Origin: Naegleria gruberi
Lineage: Eukaryota
Reading direction: 5' to 3' (one strand)
Length of the DNA stretch: 64,000 nt
Assembly: GCA_000004985.1 (NCBI GenBank)
Contig: GG738881.1
Position 1 is the first letter of the stretch; each line of letters begins with the position of its first letter. Position numbers and translations under genes: made by a program. Under the pieces are notes generated by a model, which was not told the origin of the DNA, searched no databases, and saw nothing but the letters and a program-made list of their open reading frames with translations. Positions 22,998 through 35,458 of the stretch are shown here, piece by piece.

Positions 22998-25804
22998 ATG
23001 AACAAAAGGGGCGTCGAATCACCTGGTGTGGATAGACTTCCCTCACCGAGTGTATTCGGCGATAAGGAATACAAGGTTTGTATTTTTGGTGGAATTATAT
23101 GTAATGATGAAATTAAATAGATAATAAGGGAGATTGGGAGTGGATCCTTCGGAAAGGCTTATCTTTGCGAGAAAAAGGGAAGAAAGTATGTCATGAAGAG
23201 AATAAATATGAAGGAATTAAGCGATGAGGAAAAACAAGGAGCTTTGAATGAAGCACAAGTACTACAAAAATTAAAACACGACAATATTATTGCCTATCAT
23301 GAATACTTTATCAGTTCGGATAAGTTTCTGAATATTGTGATGGACTATGCTGATGGAGGAGATCTCTTTACGAAAATCAAAACTGCTCCAACTTTTTTAC
23401 CTGAAGAGGTAGGTTTATTCAAATTGTTTCTTCTCAAACTTATTCTTTATTTTAATAGATTATCATTGATTGGTTTTGTCAAATTGCATTAGGTTTGAAA
23501 CATGTTCATGATTGCAATATTCTTCATAGGTTAGTTGAATACAAACATATTGTTCGGATCTAAACACAATTTTAAAGAGATTTAAAAACACAAAACATTT
23601 TCCTGACAAAAACTGGAAGGGTAACAATTGGAGATTTCGGAATTGCTAAAATTTTAAATTCTCAAACAGAGTTTGCTAGTACTGTTATTGGAACACCTTA
23701 TTATTTGAGCCCTGAACTTTGTGAGGATAAACCATATAATCAAAAAAGTGATGTTTGGGCTTTAGGATGTGTATTATATGAAATAACCACGAGAAAACAT
23801 GCTTTTAATGGACAAAATTTGCCAGCTTTAGTTTTGAAGATTTTGAAAGGAAACTACCCTCCAATACCTTCGTTTTATAGCATTAATTTATCATCATTAA
23901 TTTCCAGTATGCTCCAAAAGGATCCAGAGCTAAGACCAAGTATTGGCGAAATTCTTTCTCTTCCATTTATTCAAGAGAAGGTGTTACAAATTATAAGAAA
24001 GAAAGATTCACTGAAAGTTCTGCAGCAACCAGAGCCAGTGAAACCAAAACCAATATCTCCAAAGCAACAACAACCTTCCCAACAACCACAGGTTCAGCCA
24101 CAACAACAAGCTCAGCAACAAATCCAATCCCAACAAAATCCTCAAGGCCAATCAGAAGAAAAATCAAAATGGCTAGAGGATAAACAGAGTGAGTTGAATG
24201 CTATGTTCAAACAACTCCATCCTTCCAAACAAAATCCAATCAATACAATCAACAGGCTTCAAATACGAAAACAATTAGAGGAAAAGGATGAAAAAAAGAA
24301 GGAGAAAATGAAAGGAAGAAAGGAATATTATGAGCAAATTTTAGAAAAGAGAAAGGGAGGAATTTCAGTTTCTGCCAGTGTCCAAAATCAACCAATGCAA
24401 CAACCTCAACCAGTTATTCCACCAAGAGTTTCAATGCCTTCTAATCCTCAGAGAAACCTCCCTCAACAACCATCGAGGTCTGTGGACGAGAGAATTCCAA
24501 GAGCAGAGGAACGATCTAAATCAGTTTCAAAGAATGTGGAAGAATCTCCAAGAGTTGTCAATATTGCAGGTGAAGATAAGATGGTTTTCAGATTGGATGA
24601 AATTAAGAATCAAGCCCATAAGAGACCATCTAAACCTCCACCAAAACCTCAACCTGTTGTTATTTCTCAAAATCAACCTGTCTATCAACAACCTCAACAA
24701 CCAGTCCTCTCTAAGGAAGATGAAAGAAAGGAAATTAAAAAGAAGCAAGAAAAGGAAAGACAAGAATGGCTTGTTAAAAATGGAGTTCAACCAGATGATA
24801 AGAAGAAAAAGTTCTTGGCTGAGAAACAAGATGAAAAGAAGAAGAAAAAGGAAGAAGAACGAAAGAAAATGTTGGATCACAAGAAGAAAATGGATGCAAT
24901 CAAGGGAAGAAAAAATCAAATCAGAGTCATGTTTGGTTTGGATGAATCAGAAAAGACTCCTGAACCTGTCTCTCCAGTTAAAGAAGAATTTGAACCAACA
25001 CCAGAAGACATTCAAAAGAAGAGGGAAGAAGAAGAAAAGGAACGGGTGAGAAAAGAAAAAGCTGACATGGAAAGAAAAAACTTTAGAGACTTTATTAAGA
25101 ATCAAAAAAAGAAAAAGAAGGAAGAACCTTCACCATTTGATGCTGTAATCCCATCAAACGACCAAGACGATGACGAAGGAAGTCTGAATAATAGTGTTAA
25201 GCAAGAAACTGTTGTAATTGTTCCAAAGAAACAAGTAACTCCAACTAAAGTATTCTCTCCATTAAATAAGACAGCCAGTAAGGAAGTTATCATTCTGGAA
25301 CCAAAATCAAAACCTGAAACACCACAAAAAGAAAAACCATCTCCAAAATCCAGTCCTGTTAAGAAAGTTATTGATGATGATTTGGATCTTTTACCAACCA
25401 GAGAAGAAAAGGTTGTTGAACAAATTCCTGAACTCTGTCTTACTCCTTCCACTCTTGATCGTGAAGCAGGTTTAACACCAGAACTCAAATTCCATACACC
25501 AGTTAAGAAATCAGAGGATACTTCGCAAATGTCTCCAAGTGATTTGGAAATGTTAAGGAAAAAGCAACATGAATTGAGTGTTAGAATTGAGGCTTTAAGA
25601 AATTATTGCGAGCAAAAATTTGGAGAAAAATCATTCATACAAATTTATAATTTGTTGAGAGATTTTGAATTCAAAGAGAATGAAGATGAAGACAGCCAAA
25701 TTCAAGAGGGAATTTTACAAATTTTAGGAAACAACACAAAATTGCTTCCATACGTTCAAAAGATTCACCAATTGATTTTCTGTGAGGACTTGTTCTACGG
25801 ATAA
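22998..25804 (+). CDS. NIMA-related (NEK) Ser/Thr protein kinase with a long K/E/Q/P-rich C-terminal tail. At least 4 exons.
   Basis: Exon 1 is ATG at 22998 to ...DKEYK|GTTTGT. Exon 2 (from ~23125) has IIREIGSGSFGKAYLCEKKGRKYVMKRINMKELSDEEKQGALNEAQVLQKLKHDNIIAY..DGGDLF and ends at a GTAGGT donor near 23410. Exon 3 is IIDWFCQIALGLKHVHDCNILHR. Exon 4 from ~23577 has DLKTQNIFLTKTGRVTIGDFGIAKIL...GTPYYLSPELCEDKPYNQKSDVWALGCVLYE. Stop at 25802-25804. Confidence 0.8.
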
Positions 25805-25919
25805 TAAAATGAAGCAAATTAAAACAAAATGTTTTTTATTCGAAACAAAATCGCAATCAAGCTAAAAATCTAATGGTCACTCTTAACTGGCCAGAAGATG
25901 TCCATAAAAATTTCCAAAT

Positions 25920-27206
25920 TTAAAAGAGCAAATCTTCATTAGTTGAGGTCCATTGATTTTCATCAAAACATTCTTCTTGTTCTGTTGAGAATAAATCAGT
26001 GTGGAATAACTCTGAAGCTTGAGCATCTTCAAATTGTACATCCAATTCACCACCTTCAGTTGTGAAACCAGCATCCATTTCAAAGAAATTATTTTCATCA
26101 ATTTGTTTGTTCATGAAAATAACTTGATTTGGATAATAGGTTGGTGTATAAATTGGATAAGCATAAGGAACAGAGATTGCATCAACAAATGGAGCAGCAT
26201 TATGAACAACATATGGATGATAGGTTGGCATGGTTTGAATAACTGGAATGACTGGAGCAGTCATTGTGTTTTGAGGGAAAAGAACACCAGCTTGTTGAAG
26301 TGATTGGAAAAAGTCAATTTGCTTTGGTTGAGGTGATTCTGTTGACTTTTCATCTGGAGTCTTCTTTGTCTCTTCATTGTTAATGATTGGAGAACGTAAT
26401 AATACAACTGAATTACCATTCATATTCATATTTGATGGTGATTCAAGTAATGATGACAAGACATTCTTTGGTTCTTGAACAGCAGCTGTGGAAGTTGAAA
26501 TAACAGTTGTTGGACTGTTTGTTTGTGTGAAATTAACAATAGTTGGAGTCTTAATAAGTGGAGAGGAAGATGATTCAACAACTTTGGCAGTAACACTTGT
26601 TGTTGATTCAGTCTTCAATGGAGTTGGTCTCTTCTTCTTGGTGTATTGCATATCTTTGGTGGCAGAAGATCTCTTTCTCTTTGGTGTTTGAGATTGAGTG
26701 TTGGCAGTAGCAGAAGTGCTTGTTGAGGCAGATGGTTCCTTCTTATCCTTTTGCTTCTTGATAGAACGGAAAGCTTGATTAATATCAACACCACCTTCAA
26801 CAACTTCTTGTCCTTCCTTTTGCATCTTTCTCTTGTAACGAACTCTCTTATTGGAGAACCAATTGTTAATTTGGAGAAGGGACAAAGTTGTTTGATCGAC
26901 TAATCCCTTCTTTTCATCCTCACTAAAACAGATTATTAGAATATACAACAACAATGAATTGTAAACATACCTTGGATATGGATTTTGAAGATTAGCAAAG
27001 AACCAATCATTCAATACTTTGGTAATTTCCTTTGGGTAACCTTTTCTCTTCTTTCCGTGTTTTGACTTTCCATCAGCCTTGTCGCTTTCACAACCAGAAT
27101 CACTTTCAGAATATTGATGGAGAAGTGATGGGGAATCAAGAATCTTATCTTCTTGAGTTTCAATCAATGATGATTGACTTGTTGCAATAGTAGTAGTTGA
27201 TTGCAT
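25920..27206 (-). CDS. TALE-class homeobox transcription factor, copy 1. Two exons with an intron splitting the homeodomain after PYP.
   Basis: Exon 1 ...GKKRKGYPKEITKVLNDWFFANLQNPYP|GTATGT (intron ~26979..26932). Exon 2 SEDEKKGLVDQTTLSLLQINNWFSNKRVRYKRKMQ... shows the three-residue loop insertion and WF-N-R signature of TALE homeodomains. Long S/T/P-rich C-terminal half. Confidence 0.8.
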   Translation of the reverse strand: MQSTTTIATSQSSLIETQEDKILDSPSLLHQYSESDSGCESDKADGKSKHGKKRKGYPKEITKVLNDWFFANLQNPYPRYVYNSLLLYILIICFSEDEKKGLVDQTTLSLLQINNWFSNKRVRYKRKMQKEGQEVVEGGVDINQAFRSIKKQKDKKEPSASTSTSATANTQSQTPKRKRSSATKDMQYTKKKRPTPLKTESTTSVTAKVVESSSSPLIKTPTIVNFTQTNSPTTVISTSTAAVQEPKNVLSSLLESPSNMNMNGNSVVLLRSPIINNEETKKTPDEKSTESPQPKQIDFFQSLQQAGVLFPQNTMTAPVIPVIQTMPTYHPYVVHNAAPFVDAISVPYAYPIYTPTYYPNQVIFMNKQIDENNFFEMDAGFTTEGGELDVQFEDAQASELFHTDLFSTEQEECFDENQWTSTNEDLLF

Positions 27207-27996
27207 TGTAAATTATTGTATAGTACAGAGTGGGTGAATAGTATAATAATACAGTCAATAATGGAATACAGGGTTTATCTGTTCTTCCTTTCGAATATAA
27301 ATTCAGAGTGGTATAGCACTACAACAGCAATGACAGCAGTATAAGTGTTATATGGTACTGGGTTTGATTATTAATGGGTATTGATTCAACTCGATACACA
27401 CAATCAACAAATCGTTCTTATTTGGATTGTTTTTTTTTCTAATGTTGTGTGAAGTGTGTGGGTAGCGTTTGTTAAATTGGTCCACACTTTGCTGTTTGTT
27501 GGTGCTTGGCAGTGAATCGTTGTTATCGTTACGAGAAAACCAGCCCATTTGTTGAATGTGTCCCTTCTTCAGTTTTGCTCACTGAACGCAATAAAGCATC
27601 ACATTTCAATAGAACATGTACCTTTTAAAGTGGGCGAGATACATTTAAAATTATTTCGTTGTAACGACGATACACTTTTAGAATTAGAATCCCTTGTTGA
27701 TGGATATGCCCAACTTTCGACCAATAGAAAACCTTCTTCCAAAAGGGTACTGGTTTCTTCAAGGCATCACCCAAACAAAACATTTGGAAACCAACTAATG
27801 TCTGAGGCAATCAAATTGGTGAAATTCGGCAAGCATTTCCTCTTTGTTAACCTCAGAAACATTCAGCACTGAAGTGCCTTGGCTCGTAGTGCTTCATTCG
27901 ACCAAAATTGTTTTGGTGCACCTGTGTCCTGTTACTGAACAGTAGATCTGGTTATTGTTGAACGTTCGAAAGATTGATGATTCAACATTTAAATTA

Positions 27997-29187
27997 TTAA
28001 ACAATTATCGAGCTCAATTCAAGCTGTTTCAGCTTGTTGAATTGAGCTTTTAATTGACTTTTTTCTCTTTCACTAGGTCTCAAATGTTTCATTCTCACTG
28101 TTTTCATCTTTTTCCTTGCTAGTTTTCTTCTCTTCTTCAATAATTTAAAACATTCATTCTCAAATTCTTTCAAAAACTTCTTCCTCTCTTGTTTGCTGTT
28201 GATAGTGATGGATTGTTTCTTCAGGAAGGCGTTGTATAAATATTCGAATCGGTGTGAAATGCTTCGGTTTTGAGTGATGAAAAATTTCCAATCATAGCGA
28301 ATCCGATCAAGAATATGTGGAGGGAGAACAGACCCCAAAAACATCGAACTACTGTTGTAAGAAGTTGTCGGAAACTGTAGTTGATTCGAATACGGTATGG
28401 AGGTTGTTGAATAATTATTGTTGAATAAACCTTGATTAGTGCTGGTGTTACCCACAGTTGAAGTATTGGTATAGAGAACAAAATTTCTCAAGAAGGGAGG
28501 CATCAACTTGTAGTCGATATCTGTTAAAATCCAATAATAGGGTGACAGTTTTGGATCTAATAAAAAGAAGGATGGGGGAACAAACTTGGAAATGACCTTG
28601 ATTTGCTGTCTATACATCTCTGATTTAATTTGACACTTCTCTATTGTATCAAGCAAGTCTCTCATTAAAATGTCTTTTGCAAGACCAAATTTGTTTTTAA
28701 AAACAATTGGGAAAACTCTTTTCTGGAATGTTGACTCATTCCCAATGCCACTAACTACAGTAGATGAAGTCATCATCATGGTTTGATTGCCTTGTGTTAG
28801 TTTGTTGAGGTAACGAGTATAGTTTTGATGTAAAAAGTCAATCTTTCTTCCAATCCCATTCAAAAATTCAACACTGTATTGTCCTTTGATTGGTCTTGGT
28901 TGAGAAGATGACAATGATGGGTTACCTTCTCCATCATTGTAGGAACCAAATAGTTTCTTTATATTAATGAAAGGAACAGGAACTTGGAGTGTAAAATACT
29001 TTGATGATTGACTTGCTAGAGAGCCTGTTCTAGAGCTGAATAGCTTGTTCATGATTGGTTTCAAAAGCCAATCAACACCCTTTCCAGCCAAGTACAACAA
29101 TGTGCTGATGAAGAAGAGTAACTTGAGAAGGCTTTGAATCTTGTCCACACTCATCATGATGGACTTGTTGTTATTGTTAGAGATCAT
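27997..29187 (-). CDS. Hypothetical membrane-anchored protein (N-terminal hydrophobic segment). No recognised domain.
   Basis: 396-aa ORF. N-terminal LLKLLFFISTLLYLAG TM-like segment. Conserved-looking block FPIVFKNKFGLAKDILMRDLLDTIEKCQIKSEMYRQQIKVISKFVPPSFFLLDPKLSPYYWILTDIDYKLMPPFLRNF. Basic coiled C-terminus. Confidence 0.4.
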   Translation of the reverse strand: MISNNNNKSIMMSVDKIQSLLKLLFFISTLLYLAGKGVDWLLKPIMNKLFSSRTGSLASQSSKYFTLQVPVPFINIKKLFGSYNDGEGNPSLSSSQPRPIKGQYSVEFLNGIGRKIDFLHQNYTRYLNKLTQGNQTMMMTSSTVVSGIGNESTFQKRVFPIVFKNKFGLAKDILMRDLLDTIEKCQIKSEMYRQQIKVISKFVPPSFFLLDPKLSPYYWILTDIDYKLMPPFLRNFVLYTNTSTVGNTSTNQGLFNNNYSTTSIPYSNQLQFPTTSYNSSSMFLGSVLPPHILDRIRYDWKFFITQNRSISHRFEYLYNAFLKKQSITINSKQERKKFLKEFENECFKLLKKRRKLARKKMKTVRMKHLRPSEREKSQLKAQFNKLKQLELSSIIV

Positions 29188-29214
29188 CTGTTATCAAGGA
29201 TCTTATTGTTGTTG

Positions 29215-29690
29215 CAACAGTGATAATGATACTTCTTGTTCCCGAGTCTTCCTTGTTTTCTTCTCAATATATATTTGATGCTACTTGGATGAAAGCAAGA
29301 ACAGTATCAAAACATTTTCTTTGGGCAAAAATAGCCTTGTTATTGAAGAGTAGTTTTGGCGCCAAAAAATACGTGACGAGTGTGGCTTACCAACACACAC
29401 AAAGAGGCTTGTTGCAAAAAGTAGTAGTAGAAGCCTTGTTGTTATTTGATGAGGAATGTCCTTGATGATGCAATGATGATGAAGGTGTTCCTTTGTTCAC
29501 GTCTTGTTCAAGCCTTGTTGTTGCAATGCACGAAAGATGACAATTCTATTGTTGTTGTTAATGATGACAACAGTTTATATTGTTGTTATTGTGATGATAA
29601 TGATGAATGTCCAGACTGATGAAGTAATGATGACAAAGTTGTTGTTAATAGTACTACATTCATTGAAATGTTGCACAACTGTGTGAGGGA
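29215..29690. repeat. Imperfect TTG/ATG-rich microsatellite-like low-complexity stretch in an intergenic region.
   Basis: Recurrent cttgttgttg / gatgatgatg units. Only small overlapping ORFs lie here. Confidence 0.5.
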
Positions 29691-30902
29691 GTCTTGGTTA
29701 CAAACAGAAATTTGGTTGAAGACTTGTCAAGGTCTTTTTTTCTGTCTTGCTGATTTGACAAGTCTTCAACTGTGGTGTTTCGAAAAGTTTTTCGCGATTG
29801 AAGGGTGACATTCAAGAGGAGAATAATAGAGCCCAAATTGACGAGTTGGTCTTGGAGACAACTTGTTATTAGAAAGTGAAGTAATTACGTTTGGTAGTTG
29901 GAAATATTTGAAAAACGTTACAATCTTTACAATACAATTTGCAAACAATTGAGAGATGAGTATGTGTTGTAACGTTTTTTTTGATTGAATTTATTGGAAA
30001 TTAAGACAAGTATAATTTTGGCTCATTGACAAGTGAATTTCCAAATGATAAGGAAAACAGATTGACCAATAATACTCTTTCAAAATGGGACTATTTGCAT
30101 GAACCCTTTTGTGGAGCGACGTTTTGTAAAGAATCTTGAATCTGGATACAAAACATGTCTTGACAATATAAGGCTTTCCCTACAATAGAGATCTCGGCTG
30201 ATTATCATCAGAAATTCATCATGCAGAACTGCAAGTCTAAAGATTTTAACATGCTTAACTGTTTTTTATGGATAATAATAGAGGTAAGAACTGTTTCTGT
30301 CTGTGTGTTGAACTTTTGAAAATTTACTGAACAATTATTAATAACCACATCCATTGAACTATTTTCCAATCAGACAAGTTCATCCACCCTAATTTTATGG
30401 TTGAAAAGTAGGGCTTGTGGTGTAATACTAACACATCATTGGCGGAGTTAGCTCTTGCTAGTGAAGTTGGATGGTGAAAATCCTCCCAAGTACCTTTTTA
30501 CTTTTCGAGGGGAAAATACATTAACCTTAATATATTTTTTCCTCAACACCCAAATGTTTTTTTTAAGAGGGAAAATGTACTAATTTTGCTTTTCCATAGT
30601 AAAGTGAAACTTTGAAAGAACCTGATATTTAGTGTCACTGAGCGATGAAATGCAATCTACAACTTACCTTCGATGTGTTTCTTCCTGATTTTTACCATTC
30701 CTCCAATATCTCAACACCAGATGAAATGAATGGCATGGATACGATAGTTTTCATAATGGATCAATTTCTTAGTGAATGTAAGCTGCAAGAACACCACTTC
30801 TATCCTATCTTCTCAATTTTAATAGATGTACTACACTTCCTAATAATTAGATTACTCCTTAATTTTCGAATAATGTTGGTCTTTAGGTAAAAAATTCCTT
30901 CT

Positions 30903-31320
30903 TTGTTTCATTTAAATCTTGCTTTGTTTCTTCCATTGGAAACAACTAAGCAAGAGTTAGACTCAACAAAAAAGAAATTAAATGTAACTATGCAAGAGTT
31001 AGACACAACTAGGAAAGATTTATATGAAACAAGGAAAGAATTAAGTATTACCACAAAAAAATTGGAAATCATAATTAAAGATTTTCATCAATCTTTTAAC
31101 TGTTAGCTAAACTTGGGTTGATGTTGAAGAAAAACAGCACAGCTAATTGAAGTTACTTTAGATGGGGAACAATGTAAAAAAGAAAAAGAGGAACTTGAAG
31201 ACATGTTAATGATCCTCTCTCGAAGATACGAGATGTTAAAGAGAGAGCTTGCCAACAATGCCTGTAAATGTGGCTGCAACTGTAAATGTTCTTCATGTAA
31301 ATGCTCAAATCTCCAACAAT
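30903..31320 (+). CDS. Possible small coiled-coil protein with a C-terminal Cys cluster. The exon structure is unresolved.
   Basis: ORF 30903..31106 encodes heptad-like repeats KQELDSTKKKL/MQELDTTRKDL/YETRKELSITTKKL. The downstream frame at ~31140..31320 encodes LDGEQCKKEKEELEDMLMILSRRYEMLKRELANNACKCGCNCKCSSCKCSNLQQ*. I could not find a clean splice joining them. Confidence 0.2.
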
Positions 31321-31446
31321 AGCTGGCAACATTTTATTGTAAATAATTATACATTAAACATTCAACTCTAAAATTTGTTAAAACCACGAATTGAGATTTG
31401 ACATGATAAGGATATTAATTGAGTAGATTTAGAATTTTCTCTTGTT

Positions 31447-33195
31447 GAAGAAAAGAACGAGATTTCCAGGTCCCACAGTTGGACCTGGAAGTTCTCTAAC
31501 TTTTTCACTTGGATTTGATTCATTGTTGAGAGTGATGATTTCATAGAATTGTAATATACGAGACAAGATGGTGAATGCTTCCTGTTATGGAGAAAAATAC
31601 TATGAGATTATTTTAAAGATTCTACTTACATATTGAGCGAATTTGTAACCCTTTAGAATAAATTGTAAATGAAATGATTCGAATTTTAAGAATTACTTAC
31701 AATACCTAAAATGGAATATTGGTAAAATAATGATGATATATTAACAAAACTTACATTTTCTTTGACCCATTGAAAATGGAATCCATGTGAAATCGGTGTG
31801 AGTCTTTTGACGTTCCTCAAAATCAGATGAAAAGCGTTCAGGAATGAAATCTGATGGCTCTGTCCAATTATTTTCATTGGCATGTGATCCAAACAAATCA
31901 ATTGCAACAATTGTTCCTTTTGGAATGTTGTACTTTCCAATGGTGGTAGATTTCTTTGCTACTCTAAAGTTTGCAAGAACAGGTGGATGCAAACGCAAAC
32001 CTTCCATGATGCATTGATTGAGATAGTTCAATTTAGGGAAATCATCATAGGTTGGGTTTCTTCTTGATTCACCAACTCCAAGAATAGAATCAATTTCTTC
32101 ACGAGCTTTTTGTTGAATATCAGGTCTCTTTCCCAACTCGTAACAAATCCATTGTAATGTAGTTGAAGTTGTCTAAAATTTCAAATAAAAAGTTCATTAC
32201 AAAATTGTTAAACTCTAAAAAAACCCACCTCATGTCTATTTCAATAAATTAGGACAAATAGTTTTAAAATTCGAATACAAACCCAGCAAGCGAAAAGATG
32301 AATGCATCTGACTTGATCTCATTATCTGTCAATACCCCTTTTTGAACTAAATTGGCTTCAATTAAACAACTCAATAAATCTCTTCTGTTCATTCTTTCTC
32401 CTGAACTTCCAAATTGTTTTTCAATTTCATGTTTTCTTTCCTTGATAGCTTTTCCAAACTAGTTCTGAATTTACTTCCATTACTGGCAATTTCAGAATCA
32501 GAAGACTTTTCAAATATTCCAAAATCCAAATCAAATCCAACACGTCCCAAAATGCTCAATGTAATATCACTGAAATCACTCTTGATATCTCTTGTTAAAT
32601 ATCCCTTAACAGTTTTTCCTCCAATTTCCAACTCTTGTTCCTTTTTTCCCCATCGAGTAGAGAACAATTCATCAACACACTCTGACGAATATTCACACAA
32701 ATACTCCAAATTTTGAGATGTAAAGGCAGGCGAGCAAATTTGGTGATGACTTTTCCATGAACTTGAATTGGCATCCAAAATGGTCAATAAATTATCACCA
32801 AATGTCTTGAATACTTCGTATGGTCTGAAATATTTGGGAAAATTATTTCCCTTGGTAATGATGACTTCCTTTAACATTTCCTTATTGGAAATATAGACAA
32901 GATTTCTATCCATGAGTGAAACTCTTGTAATTCCATTCTCTAAATCTCCCTTCTTTCTCATCAAATCTAAAATTGCATGATGATTATTGACAAACATGTA
33001 TTCGGAAAAGAATGGAATTCTCCAAAAGAAACTCATGACTTGCCATCCACCTGGAATGTGTGAAACTTTTTGATAATTTAAATAAATTTTAATGGCAACA
33101 TAGCACAGAATGGTCAGTAGTGTGATCACTGTGAGAGTCAATATCATTGTATTTTTTTCTGATGATGTCTTTGACGTTTGTGAAATGATGATCAA
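31447..33195 (-). CDS. Cytochrome P450 monooxygenase, multi-exon (at least 6 exons).
   Basis: N-terminal exon 33195..~32513 has a membrane anchor MILTLTVITLLTILCYVAIKIY and a P450 N-terminal region. A ~73-nt intron follows. Exon ...ERMNRRDLLSCLIEANLVQKGVLTDNEIKSDAFIFSLAGF|GTATTC. Exon TTSTTLQWICYELGKRPDIQQ...EGLRLHPPV (K-helix ExxR)...WIPFSMGQRKC (heme loop FxxGxRxC). Then a putative 5-nt exon at 31701..31705 (see findings), then GYKFAQY. Last exon EAFTILSRILQFYEIITLNNESNPSEKVRELPGPTVGPGNLVLFFNKRKF* ending ~31447. Confidence 0.8.
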
Positions 33196-33310
33196 TATTG
33201 GAGATCACGGCTATTTTGGAATGCTTTCTTGAATGGAATGTTTATTCCAAAATTCAATTCAGGTTCTATTCAGTCACTCAAAATAATTCTGAAGGAATAA
33301 CAATTTACTA

Positions 33311-35458
33311 TTAAATATCATCCAGATCAAGTTCTTCATCATCCAGTCCAAGTAAATCGTCATTGGAAGGAGTTACATGTTGTTGGAATGGTGGTCTTGA
33401 AGATTTGGAGAAAGAGGGAGGTTGAGATGTGAATGGAGGTGAATCTTCAGCATATTCCGAACAAACAGAGGTAAGGTCATCAATATCTCCCAATTTTGAT
33501 TCAAAGTTTTCGAGCTCGTTTCTTATTTGATCTATAGTTGAAAATTCATGAAGTTCTTCATTTCCGAACGACATTAAACAATTCATTGAAGTTTCCAAAG
33601 TGGCAAGAGCATATCCTGCCTCTCCCTTAATTGCGTATTCAGGTAAAAGTTCACTCATCATTTGGAATTTGACAAACAAATCCATAATATTCGACTTGGC
33701 AACAACGTAAATGAAAATTGGAAGCAAATCATCAGCACCAACAATTATTGGTGGTGTAATTCCATGCTCATATCCATACTTTTGATAATAGTCATTGACG
33801 TCTTTTGAAACTTGATTCATAGCTAAACAAATAAAGTCAACCTTCTTGGTAAAGGATGTGGTTTGATCGAATTCTTTGAAAATTGCAATGGTTCTTTCGA
33901 AAGGATACCTCTCCTTCTCCAAAGTAAACTTATCAGGAAGCTTGAGTGCTTGGAGTGTTATTGTTGAGGTACATTTTGAAACCTTATCGTTCATTCTATT
34001 ATTTTCTTCTCCATAAACAAGTAAATATAAGAATAACAACTTGGAATAGATTCCATTTCCCCACATGGTATCCGTAATGGTATCTGATAAAGAATTAAAA
34101 ATGTTAAATCTTTTAAAAACATACCAATAACTATATCTTCATAATTTTGTGAAGGCATTTCCCAATACTTTCCAAAAAGTACCATACTCAATTTGTCAAT
34201 AAATAATTGAATATCATTCACACATTTAGAAATTAATTGTTTTGGATTCAAATCTGGATTGTGAATCATTTTGGAAGGATTACACACCTCTCCAAAATAT
34301 TCATAGAATTTAAGGCAAATTTGGCTTAAAGTGTGTGCCGGATTAGCCAATGTGAATGAAACGTGTTGTCTAATTTTTTGTTCGGTTATAGAATCGACTG
34401 GCATATCAGCCATATCATTTCCAGCAGAGACAGACAAGATTGGATTTAATATTGATGGCTTGGAAACTGTTTCCAGAAAAACTCTGTCCTGTTCTATCAG
34501 TATTGGATCCATATTTTGATAATTAAAGTAGGTATCAATGAATTTCGACCAATGATCCTGTTCCTTCCATCTAAATGTACGTTTCTTATTCTGAATTCGT
34601 TCCAAGAAGGACTCAACATTATTTCTCATTTCTGCTTGTCTAGCTCTTTCTATGCTTGTTTTTATCATTTGTTCTTTCATTTCTGTTAACCTTTGTTTTT
34701 CATATTCCTTTCTTTTCATTTGTAGCTATTTTGTTTAATATCCTAATCTGGTGTAAATTCAAACTTACAGTTTTACTAACGTCTTGCTTGGTTGTGTGAT
34801 TTGTGGCAGTTTGATTTGCACCACTAGAAGATGGAGTATTTGGAGAAGTATGAGAAGTACCTGATGATGGTGATGTAACACTAGTAGTTGGTGGTGGAAC
34901 TGTCGTTGATGCATTGCTTTGTGGAAATAGAGGTTTGCTAGCATGTGCCAATGAATGATTTGGTAATTTGGATCCAGAATTTGTAGGAGAAATGGTAGGA
35001 GGTTTCTTTGTTGGAATATTATTGGTTGATGATGTCGATGAAGGAGGAGAAGAGGATGTTTTGCTATTATTTGAATTAAAACTCGATGATGGAGAAGTAT
35101 TAGCAGTTGTAGTTGTAGCAGTAGTAGTAGAAGTAGTAGTACTATTATTATTGATTGAATTATGTGTCGATTCCTTATTAAACATTGCAGAAAGTGAAGC
35201 AATTCTCTCCATAGACTGTTCCGAATATTTGATTAATTGTATCGATTGATCGGATAATACATGTTGTTGATTAGTAGAACAAGTCTTCATTTCTGCCTGA
35301 ACAAAACTCGATATTTGCTCCATATACTTTAAATAATTGGCTAGTGCCATCCAGTGTTGCTGCTGTTCATCGTGGGTGATGGCCATCATTAGGGTCTTTT
35401 TAATATCATTCACGATGAGAATGGGTGGCGTGGCAGCAGCAGAACTATTGTTCGGCAT
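33311..35458 (-). CDS. VPS9-domain protein (Rab5-family GEF-like) with an S/T-rich linker. Three exons.
   Basis: Exon 1 35458..~34741 ends (...VSKT|GTAAGT). Exon 2 from ~34726 continues LQMKRKEYEKQRL... A third exon joins near 34050. The VPS9 domain is GITPPIIVGADDLLPIFIYVVAKSNIMDLFVKFQMMSELLPEYAIKGEAGYALATLETSMNCLMS. Acidic C-terminus ...LDDEELDLDDI. Confidence 0.75.

Noticed and set aside
24378-25488. Overlapping alternative-frame ORFs inside the NEK kinase tail (24378..25049 +, 24527..24919 -, 25102..25488 -)
   Set aside because: They lie in a K/E/Q-rich low-complexity coding region whose main frame continues the kinase gene. The alternative frames translate to repetitive K/R/F strings typical of frame artefacts.
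30400-30470. GC-richer stretch (gtagggcttgtggtgtaatactaacacatcattggcggagttagc...) considered as a possible tRNA or snRNA
   Set aside because: I could not fold an acceptor stem with matching 5' and 3' ends, and there are no A/B box consensus sequences.
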